A stretch of DNA of 64,000 nt from the NCBI GenBank assembly GCA_035276475.1, contig DATELQ010000037.1, forward strand, positions 2,482-66,481, in the 5' to 3' direction. The notes below the pieces were generated by a model. The model was not told the origin of the DNA and did not search any database. It saw only the letters and a list, made by a program, of their open reading frames with translations. Source of the stretch: Thermoanaerobaculia bacterium (lineage in GTDB: Bacteria > Acidobacteriota > Thermoanaerobaculia > Gp7-AA8). Position numbers and translations under genes: made by a program. Below are positions 57,364 through 64,000 of this stretch, in pieces (position 1 is the stretch's first letter; every line of letters starts with the position of its first letter).

Positions 57364-59802
57364 TTGTCGGAGTTCCCGCAAACGTTCGACCGCTTCGAGG
57401 TTTCCCGCGTCCTCGGCCGGGGCGGCATGGGAACGGTCTACCTCGCCCGCGACGCCCGGCTCGACCGCCTCGTCGCCATCAAAGTGCTGAATGTTCAGGA
57501 TTTGGCCGCCGAGGACCGGCGGGTCAAGTTTTTACGCGAGGCGCGCAACGCCGCGTCGATCCGGCATCCGAACGTCGCCACCATCTATGAGGTTGCGGAG
57601 ACGGACGACGGTCACCCCTTCATCGTCATGGAGTACTGCGAGGGGGAGACGCTCTCGCAGCGCCTCCGCCGCCGGCCGCTCGACGCCGGCGAGTTCCTGA
57701 GCATTGCCCGGCAGATCGCCGCCGGCGTCGCCGCCGCGCACGACGCCGGCATCGCCCACCGCGACCTCAAGCCGGGCAACATCATCATCGAGCCGACCGG
57801 GCAGGTGAAGATCCTCGACTTCGGCCTGGCCAAGTCGCTCTTGCGCGATGCGTCGAAGTCGTTCGATTCGTCGACGAGCCGGAAGCTCTTCGGCACGTTG
57901 CACTACCTCTCGCCCGAGCAGTGCCGCGGCCTGCCCGCCGACGCGCGCAGCGACCTCTTCTCGACGGGCGTGATCTTCTACCAGATGGCGACGGGGCAAC
58001 TGCCGTTCAACGCCGAGGCGCCGCTCGTCGTCGTGGAGAAAATCTGCGACGCCGAGCCCGAGCCGTTCGTGCCGAGCGATCCGGCCTTTCCGCTGACGGC
58101 GGCGAAGATCATCGGGAAGCTCCTGAAAAAAGATCCGGCGCATCGCTACCAGAGCGCGCGCGACCTTCTCTCCGACCTCGACGAGATCGACACGCCGACG
58201 GTGCGCATGAGCGCAGCGCAGACGCGCAGCATGATCGGGCGCACGATCGCCCGGCCGCCGCGCTGGGGACTCCTCGCCCTCATCCTCCTCGCCTTCCTCG
58301 GCGGCGGCGCCGGCATCTGGTGGCTGTCGACGCGGGAAAGGCCGCTGCCGGAATCGCCGGCCACGCCGCCGCCGCCGATCCGCTCGATGGCCGTGCTGCC
58401 GCTCGACAACATCTCCAGCAGCACGCGCGACGAGTTCCTGAGCGTCGGCCTGGCGGACGCGCTCGTGACGAAGCTGCAGAAGATTCCGTCGCTCCAAGTC
58501 CGCCCCACCTCGGCGGTGATGGAGTTCAAGAACAAGAAGGTCGACAGCCGCACGGCCAGCGACCACCTCCGCGTCGACGGCGTGCTCGAGGGACATTTCC
58601 TCTCCGCCGGCGATCTGGTGCGCGTGAACCTGCAGCTCACCGACGGCCGCACCGGCTACAGCGTGTGGGCCGACACGGTCGACGGCAATCGCGCCGATCT
58701 GTTGAAGCTGATCGACGAGGTGTCGTCGCGCACGGTCACGGCGCTCAACGAGAAGCTCGGCGTGCGCGACATGACGCGCGGCTCGGTGCCGCGGTCGTCG
58801 AACCCGAAGGCGTACGAGGAGTATCTGAAGGCGCGCGCGATCGACGGGAGCCTCGTCCCCGCCGAGCACGACGAGCAGATCGCGCATCTCAAGCGTGCCA
58901 TCGCGCTCGATGCGAATTTCGCCGCCGCCTACGCCGACCTCGCGGTGGCGCTGTCGCTCGGCCAGTCGCGCGGTCTTGCGCACGCCGGCGATACGCCGGA
59001 GCGGACGGAGTGGTACGCGCGGCAGGCCGTGCGCCTCGATCCGAACCTTCCCGACGCACACCTCGCGCTCGGCCGTGCCTTTGCCCGTTTGAACGACCGC
59101 TTCCGTGAATCGGTGCGCGAGTATCTCGCCGCGCTCCGCCTCAACCCGAGCGCGCCGCAGGCGCTGAACTCGGTCGGAACGTACTTCGTCGCCGATGGCG
59201 ACACACAGAAGGCGCAGTGCATCACGGAGCATCTCGTGCAGATCGATCCGAATTCGAACGAGGCCAAGATCCGCGGCTACAACTTCGTGAACGCGGTGGA
59301 CGGCGAGAATGCGCTGAAGGCGTCGGCGGACGCGGCGGCCTCACCCGACACGGCGCTGGCCGGCCACGACATCCGCGCCAACGCCTACCTTCTCCTCGGC
59401 AACATCGCCGCCGCGCAGCAGGAGGCCGCACAGCTCGCGAAGCTCGCTCCGAATCACTACTCCGGCAAGAGCATCAAGGCCATGATCGCCGCCGCGAACG
59501 GCGACCGCGCCGCGTGCGAGGCCGCGCTGAAGTCGTTCGAAGCGGACGCGGAGCGCGTGCATTGGGCGGCCATGCGCCAGGCATTGTGCTATGCGAAGCT
59601 CGGCGATCGCGACGCTGCCATGAAGTGGGTGCGCCGCGCGGCCGAAGGCGGAAATCACAGTTGGTTCGCCTGGGTGAAGCACCCATGGCTCGAATCGCTG
59701 CAATCCGATCCCGAATATCAAACGATCGTCGCAAAGATGAAATCCGACCTCGACGACGTGCGCGACGACGTCATCGGCGTGTATCAGTTGATTTGCCGGT
59801 AG
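57364..59802 (+). CDS. Ser/Thr protein kinase with TM and periplasmic TPR domain
   Basis: Start placed at in-frame TTG after the repeat element; GRGGMGTVY, AIK, HRDLKPGN, DFG, SPE; TM WGLLALILLAFLGGGAGIWWL; C-terminal TPRs. Confidence 0.85.
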   Translation: MSEFPQTFDRFEVSRVLGRGGMGTVYLARDARLDRLVAIKVLNVQDLAAEDRRVKFLREARNAASIRHPNVATIYEVAETDDGHPFIVMEYCEGETLSQRLRRRPLDAGEFLSIARQIAAGVAAAHDAGIAHRDLKPGNIIIEPTGQVKILDFGLAKSLLRDASKSFDSSTSRKLFGTLHYLSPEQCRGLPADARSDLFSTGVIFYQMATGQLPFNAEAPLVVVEKICDAEPEPFVPSDPAFPLTAAKIIGKLLKKDPAHRYQSARDLLSDLDEIDTPTVRMSAAQTRSMIGRTIARPPRWGLLALILLAFLGGGAGIWWLSTRERPLPESPATPPPPIRSMAVLPLDNISSSTRDEFLSVGLADALVTKLQKIPSLQVRPTSAVMEFKNKKVDSRTASDHLRVDGVLEGHFLSAGDLVRVNLQLTDGRTGYSVWADTVDGNRADLLKLIDEVSSRTVTALNEKLGVRDMTRGSVPRSSNPKAYEEYLKARAIDGSLVPAEHDEQIAHLKRAIALDANFAAAYADLAVALSLGQSRGLAHAGDTPERTEWYARQAVRLDPNLPDAHLALGRAFARLNDRFRESVREYLAALRLNPSAPQALNSVGTYFVADGDTQKAQCITEHLVQIDPNSNEAKIRGYNFVNAVDGENALKASADAAASPDTALAGHDIRANAYLLLGNIAAAQQEAAQLAKLAPNHYSGKSIKAMIAAANGDRAACEAALKSFEADAERVHWAAMRQALCYAKLGDRDAAMKWVRRAAEGGNHSWFAWVKHPWLESLQSDPEYQTIVAKMKSDLDDVRDDVIGVYQLICR

Positions 59803-59838
59803 GAATTCGCTCCGCACCCCTCCCGTTGCGCCCGGCTC

Positions 59839-61158
59839 ATGCCTTTTACAGCCTTAGGCCTCAACTCTCACCTCACCAAAGCCATCCGCGAAGCCGGCTA
59901 CACCGAACCGACGCCGATCCAGTCGAAGGCGATTCCGATCGCCATCGAGGAGCGCGATCTCATCGGCATCGCCCAGACCGGAACCGGCAAGACCGCCGCG
60001 TTCGTGCTGCCGATCCTGCAGCGGCTCTCCGCGCATCCGGCGTCGCGGCGCATGAGCCGCGCGCTCATCGTCGCGCCGACGCGCGAGCTCGTCATCCAGA
60101 TCGAAGAAGCGACGCGCAAGTACAGCCGCCATCTCCGCAACGTGCGCACCGTCGTCGTGGTCGGCGGCGTCGGCGAGCAGCCGCAGATCGCCGGGCTGCG
60201 GGCCGGCGCGGAGATCATCATCGCCACGCCCGGCCGCCTCATCGATCTGATGCAACAGGGACACGTGAAGCTCAACACGATCGAAGTGGCGGTGCTCGAC
60301 GAAGCCGACCGCATGCTCGACATGGGCTTTCTCCCCGCCATCCGCCAGATCATCCGCGCGCTGCCGAAGGAGCGGCAGACGCTCCTCTTCTCCGCCACGC
60401 TCTCGAGCGAGATCGAGAAGCTGACGCACGAGTTTCTGCGCCATCCGCAGATCGTGCAGATCGGCCGCCGCGCCAATCCGGCGGAGACGGTCGAGCAGGC
60501 GGTGTACGAAGTGCCGAAGAGCCGCAAGGTGGCGCTGCTGCTGCACCTGCTGCGCGACCGCGCCCTCGACTCTGTGCTGGTCTTCTCGCGTACGAAGCAC
60601 GGCGCCGACAAGATCGCGCGCCGTCTGCAGCAGTCGGGGATCTCGACGGCCACGCTGCACTCGAACCGCAGCCAGAACCAGCGCCTGACGGCGCTGCGCG
60701 CGTTCAAGAGCGGCGCGGTGCGCGTGCTCGTGGCGACGGACATCGCCGCGCGCGGCATCGACGTCGAGGGGATCTCGCACGTGATCAACTTCGATTTTCC
60801 TGCGCATCCCGAGGACTACGTGCACCGCATCGGCCGGACGGGACGCGCGCAGGCCGTCGGCGACGCCATCAGCTTCGCCACGCCCGACGACGCCGCGAAC
60901 GTTCGCGCGCTGGAGCGGTTCATCTCCCGTGGGATTCCGAGGAAGCGGATGGGCGACTTCGATTACACGGAGGAGATTTTGTCGGTGCGCCCCGCACCCG
61001 GCCGCCCCGCACCCACCCGACCTGCCCGCCCGGCGCGTGGCACGTTCACGTCGTCGTCACGACCACACGCCGCACCGGCCGCCGCTCGCGCAGGCGCGCG
61101 ACCGCAGCAACGACCGCAGCCCGCAGCGCAGCGACGTCGATTCCGTGGCCGTCCGTAA
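59839..61158 (+). CDS. DEAD-box ATP-dependent RNA helicase (RhlE-like)
   Basis: Q-motif TPIQ, AQTGTGKT, PTRELV, DEAD, SAT, HRIGRTGRAG; Arg/Pro-rich C-terminal tail. Confidence 0.9.
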   Translation: MPFTALGLNSHLTKAIREAGYTEPTPIQSKAIPIAIEERDLIGIAQTGTGKTAAFVLPILQRLSAHPASRRMSRALIVAPTRELVIQIEEATRKYSRHLRNVRTVVVVGGVGEQPQIAGLRAGAEIIIATPGRLIDLMQQGHVKLNTIEVAVLDEADRMLDMGFLPAIRQIIRALPKERQTLLFSATLSSEIEKLTHEFLRHPQIVQIGRRANPAETVEQAVYEVPKSRKVALLLHLLRDRALDSVLVFSRTKHGADKIARRLQQSGISTATLHSNRSQNQRLTALRAFKSGAVRVLVATDIAARGIDVEGISHVINFDFPAHPEDYVHRIGRTGRAQAVGDAISFATPDDAANVRALERFISRGIPRKRMGDFDYTEEILSVRPAPGRPAPTRPARPARGTFTSSSRPHAAPAAARAGARPQQRPQPAAQRRRFRGRP

Positions 61159-61384
61159 TCGAGTCGATCGCAACGATTCCCTCTTCGAGCCGCTCGATGG
61201 CCGCTCGGGCCTGCCCGCGCTCGATGTGGTGCATGCCGGTGGCGACCTGCATGAGCGCGCGCGCGACCTCGACCTCGCCGCGCACCGCCTCGAAGAAGAG
61301 CTCCTCGAACGCGTCCGCCGCCTCGGCATAGTCGCCGGCGTTGAGGAGCTCGATCGCGGCGCGGAAGCGCGGGTCGTCCTTCAT
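61046..61384 (-). CDS. DUF309-domain protein
   Basis: Start at MKDDPRF; FRAAIELLNAGDYAEAADAFEELF ... ARALMQVATGMHHIERG matches DUF309 pattern; ATGA overlap with GNAT gene; 112-nt convergent overlap with helicase. Confidence 0.55.
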   Translation of the reverse strand: MKDDPRFRAAIELLNAGDYAEAADAFEELFFEAVRGEVEVARALMQVATGMHHIERGQARAAIERLEEGIVAIDSITDGHGIDVAALRAAVVAAVARLRERRPVRRVVVTTT

Positions 61385-61902
61385 AGCCGCTTCGACATGT
61401 AGATGTCGGGCTTGCCCGGCCCGTTCGCGTCGGGCATCACGCCGGTGACGACGTAGCTGAGTTTTCTGTAGAAGAGAAACGGATGCGCGCGCCCGAGGTC
61501 GCGGAGATCGCGCAGGTGTGCGGGGATGTCGCGATAGAGATCGACGTTCGACAGCGACGTCATCCCGTCGACGTCGTCCGTGCCGAGCGTGGCCGTATAC
61601 GCGCCGCGCGCCCGCGCCTCCGCCTCGAACGCCGCGACGAGGCGCCGCCCGATGCCGCGGCGCCATGAGTCGCGCCGCACGACGAGCGGGTGCAGCTCCC
61701 AAACGTGACCGTCGTATTCGGGTAGGCCGCCGATCCAGCCGAGGAGCGCGCCGCCGTCGACCGCGCCGCGGGCGAAGCCTTCGCGGAGGACGTACTCGAC
61801 CTCCGCGCGCGCGACGTCGAGCGCCGGCCACGACGCGAACTCGTCGACGAGAAGCTGTGCTGCGGCATCGACCAGCGACGCGTCGAGCTCCACGATTTCC
61901 AT
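61381..61902 (-). CDS. GNAT family N-acetyltransferase (AAC(6')-like)
   Basis: 173 aa from MEIVELDAS; acetyl-CoA motif region VRRDSWRRGIGRRLVAAFEAEARARGA. Confidence 0.75.
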   Translation of the reverse strand: MEIVELDASLVDAAAQLLVDEFASWPALDVARAEVEYVLREGFARGAVDGGALLGWIGGLPEYDGHVWELHPLVVRRDSWRRGIGRRLVAAFEAEARARGAYTATLGTDDVDGMTSLSNVDLYRDIPAHLRDLRDLGRAHPFLFYRKLSYVVTGVMPDANGPGKPDIYMSKRL

Positions 61903-61920
61903 CCTCAGTACACTACCGCC

Positions 61921-62784
61921 GTGCTGCGCGGTCCGCTCGTCATCCTTCTTCTTTTTCTCAACACGTGCCTCTGGGGAACGCTCGTTCTCCTCATCGGCCT
62001 GGTCAAGCTCTTCATCCCGAGGAGCGAGCTGCGGCGGCGGTTGATCCTGGCCGCGGCGTGGCTCGGCGAGCGCTGGGTCGGCGTCAACAACCGCATCTGC
62101 GACCTCTTCCTGCCGGTGCAGTGGCACATCGAAGGCGTCGACGTCGACGACGCGAGCGGGCACTACCTCGTCCTCAGCAACCACGTCTCCTGGGTCGACA
62201 TCTTCGCGCTCTTCCGCATCTTCCACCGCCGTGCGGCGTTCATCCGCTTTTTCATGAAGGCGCAGCTGATCTGGATGCCGGTCGTGGGGCAGGCCTGCGC
62301 GGCGCTTGAGTTCCCGTTCATGCGCCGCTACTCCCCCGACTACCTGGCGCGCCATCCGGAGAAGCGCGGCCGCGACCTCGTCATGGCCCGGCGCATGTGC
62401 CGCCGTTACCGCCGCGTGCCGGTCGCGGTGGCGATCTTCCTCGAGGGAACGCGCTTCACGCGCGAGAAGCAGGAGAACCAGGAGTCGCCGTACCGCCACC
62501 TCCTCCGCCCCCGCGTCGGCGCGCTGAGCTTCGCCCTCGGCGCCCTCGGCGATCAGCTCGACGCGGTGCTCGACGTCACGCTTGCGTACCCGGAGGGGGA
62601 GACGTCGATGTGGGACTTCGTCAGCGGGCGGCTGCGCGAAGTGCGCGTCGTCGTGCGGCGGCTCGACGTGCCGCCGGAGTTGCTGACCGAGTCGGCCGAC
62701 CGGGAGACGCTCAAAGAGTGGATCGACGAGGTGTGGCGGGAGAAGGACGTACTGCTGGATCGTGGTACACTGGTACCATGGTAA
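61921..62784 (+). CDS. acyltransferase (PlsC / lysophospholipid acyltransferase family)
   Basis: 287 aa; N-terminal TM; HxxxxD motif NHVSWVDI; FLEGTRF motif. Confidence 0.7.
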   Translation: MLRGPLVILLLFLNTCLWGTLVLLIGLVKLFIPRSELRRRLILAAAWLGERWVGVNNRICDLFLPVQWHIEGVDVDDASGHYLVLSNHVSWVDIFALFRIFHRRAAFIRFFMKAQLIWMPVVGQACAALEFPFMRRYSPDYLARHPEKRGRDLVMARRMCRRYRRVPVAVAIFLEGTRFTREKQENQESPYRHLLRPRVGALSFALGALGDQLDAVLDVTLAYPEGETSMWDFVSGRLREVRVVVRRLDVPPELLTESADRETLKEWIDEVWREKDVLLDRGTLVPW

Positions 62785-63050
62785 CAATCGAACGAGCCCA
62801 GACCGGCGTCCGCATCGAGAAGCGAATCCTGAAAGTGCTCAAGGGCCTGGCCGAGTTCCACGACCTCACCGTCGGCGACCTCCTCGAGGGCGTGCTCCTG
62901 CACGTCTTCGAAGGGAAGACGCCGTTCGGAGAGCGGTCGCTGCGCAAGATCGCGGAGCTCCGGAAGGTCTACGAGCTCGATCTCAACGCCTCGCACAGCC
63001 ACACGCTCGTCGAAGAGGCGCCGGCGAAGAAACGGAAGGCCAAGCGATGA
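62778..63050 (+). CDS. small putative DNA-binding protein (ribbon-helix-helix-like)
   Basis: 90 aa from MVTIERAQTGVRIEKRILKVLKGLAEFHDLTVGDLLEG (beta-strand then helix), Lys-rich tail; start sits in palindrome-rich sequence. Confidence 0.4.
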   Translation: MVTIERAQTGVRIEKRILKVLKGLAEFHDLTVGDLLEGVLLHVFEGKTPFGERSLRKIAELRKVYELDLNASHSHTLVEEAPAKKRKAKR

Positions 63051-63421
63051 GTGACAAAGAGATCATCGACCGCTTCGAGCGCGTCGACGTCGAGGAGTTC
63101 CACCACCGCGACCACGTCCGCGTGGCGTTCGCGTATCTGCGGACGATGCCGCTCCTCGAGGCCGTCGGCCGCTTCACCGCGGCGCTGCGGCGCTTCGCCA
63201 CGGCGCAGGGGAAGCCGGAGCTGTACCACGAGACGATCACGTGGGCGTTCCTCTTCATCATGCACGAGCGCATGCAGCGCGCGCCGGCGGAGTGGGACGC
63301 ATTCATCGGCGCGAACGGCGACCTGCTGCGCTGGAAGCCGTCGGTGCTCGACGCGTATTACCCGCCCGAGGTGTTGCGGTCGGAGCTGGCGCGGCGGGTG
63401 TTCGTGCTGCCGCATGCGTAG
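63047..63421 (+). CDS. hypothetical protein
   Basis: 124 aa from MSDKEIIDRF; ATGA overlap with upstream small gene; no recognised family. Confidence 0.45.
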   Translation: MSDKEIIDRFERVDVEEFHHRDHVRVAFAYLRTMPLLEAVGRFTAALRRFATAQGKPELYHETITWAFLFIMHERMQRAPAEWDAFIGANGDLLRWKPSVLDAYYPPEVLRSELARRVFVLPHA

Positions 63422-63435
63422 ACCGCGCGGTTAAT

Positions 63436-63476
63436 TACGAACGTCTTCGTTGACATTACGAAGTCCTTCGTATATC
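63436..63476 (+). promoter_or_regulatory. putative BlaI-family operator pair overlapping a sigma70-like promoter
   Basis: Two dyads TACGAAcgtcTTCGT and TACGAAgtccTTCGTA flanking TTGACA (63450-63455) with TATATC about 15 nt downstream; 9 nt before blaI-like ATG. Confidence 0.45.
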
Positions 63477-63484
63477 TTCCTCGC

Positions 63485-63874
63485 ATGACCGAACGTCAGC
63501 CTCCCCGCCCCACCGACGCCGAGCTGAGCATCCTCCGCGTCCTCTGGCGCCGCGGCCCCTCCACCGTCCGCGACGTCCAGGAGGACCTCATCCAGGAGAA
63601 CCCGACCGGCTACACCACCGTACTGAAGCTCTTGCAGATCATGACGGAGAAGGGACTCGTCGTCCGTGACGAGGCGCAGCGCGCCCACGTCTACGACGCG
63701 CGGTACAGCGAGCAGAAGACGCAGCGCCAGCTCCTGGCCGACCTCGCCAACCGCGCCTTCGACGGCTCGGCGGCGAAGCTCGTCATGCAGGCGCTCTCGG
63801 GGCGCAAGTCGTCGGCCGCGGAGCTGACGGCGATCCGCGAGCTGCTCGACAGAATCGAAGGAGAGACGAAATGA
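63485..63874 (+). CDS. BlaI/MecI/CopY family transcriptional repressor
   Basis: 129 aa; LSILRVLWRRGPSTVRDVQEDL ... GYTTVLKLLQIMTEKGLV winged helix; C-terminal dimerisation helix. Confidence 0.85.
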   Translation: MTERQPPRPTDAELSILRVLWRRGPSTVRDVQEDLIQENPTGYTTVLKLLQIMTEKGLVVRDEAQRAHVYDARYSEQKTQRQLLADLANRAFDGSAAKLVMQALSGRKSSAAELTAIRELLDRIEGETK

Positions 63875-64000
63875 GCGCAATCGAATTGATGCTCGGCACT
63901 CCGTTGGCGCAGGCGATCGGCTGGGCCCTCGTGCACCTCGTGTGGCAGGGTGTCGTCGTGGCCGGGATTCTCGCCGCGGCGCTGGCGCTGCTCGAAAAGA
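63871..64000 (+). CDS. BlaR1/M56-family membrane sensor-peptidase, N-terminal fragment (runs off window)
   Basis: MSAIELMLGTPLAQAIGWALVHLVWQGVVVAGILAAALALL typical BlaR1 N-terminal TM; ATGA overlap with blaI-like gene. Confidence 0.6.
   Translation, partial: MSAIELMLGTPLAQAIGWALVHLVWQGVVVAGILAAALALLEK

Noticed and set aside
57340-57365. Sigma-54 (-24/-12) promoter in the kinase spacer
   Set aside because: TGGTAC-N5 is followed by GCCCGC rather than TTGC, so the GG/GC spacing does not fit. It is better read as an extended -10.

Overview
The window is 64 kb of very GC-rich (about 67-70%) chromosomal DNA from a diderm bacterium, as shown by TolC, MurJ and tripartite efflux genes. The protein set (many S9 peptidases, Ser/Thr kinases with TPR, FecR/CHASE2) would fit a Gemmatimonadota- or Acidobacteriota-like organism, but I cannot confirm this from sequence alone.

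Gene density is high. I support about 58 CDS, one tRNA-Leu(TAA), two intrinsic terminators and several structured repeats. The window is otherwise unremarkable for non-coding content.

Many adjacent genes overlap by 4 nt (ATGA or GTGA), which implies translational coupling. I found no integrase, transposase, CRISPR array or rRNA.

Named housekeeping genes present: ispB-like polyprenyl synthase, coaD, murJ, udk, rpsU, mutS2, dnaG, rpoD, an acyl-CoA dehydrogenase and a DEAD-box helicase.

Accessory and unusual content:
- An oligopeptide-type ABC importer operon split by a roughly 10 kb co-directional insert (TolC, Yip1, MacA, MacB ATPase, MacB permease, SpoIVB-like S55 peptidase, beta-propeller protein).
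- Three S9 peptidases.
- A membrane sensor with HAMP, a degenerate cyclase-homology domain and a C-terminal Ser/Thr kinase, flanked by a cupredoxin-like secreted protein.
- A secreted FecR-TPR-PASTA protein next to a stand-alone CHASE2 protein.
- A coupled trio of unknown secreted/membrane proteins led by a triple zinc-ribbon protein.
- A 5 x 43-bp tandem array of hairpin units.
- A two-copy family of palindromic intergenic repeats.
- A candidate sRNA ending in a terminator just upstream of the tRNA.
- A 1756-aa single-polypeptide fusion: Ser/Thr kinase, P-loop NTPase, TPR, GAF, sigma-54 activator, HTH. This last item is the most striking in the window.

Long antisense ORFs in the six-frame track are GC-driven shadows and were not called.
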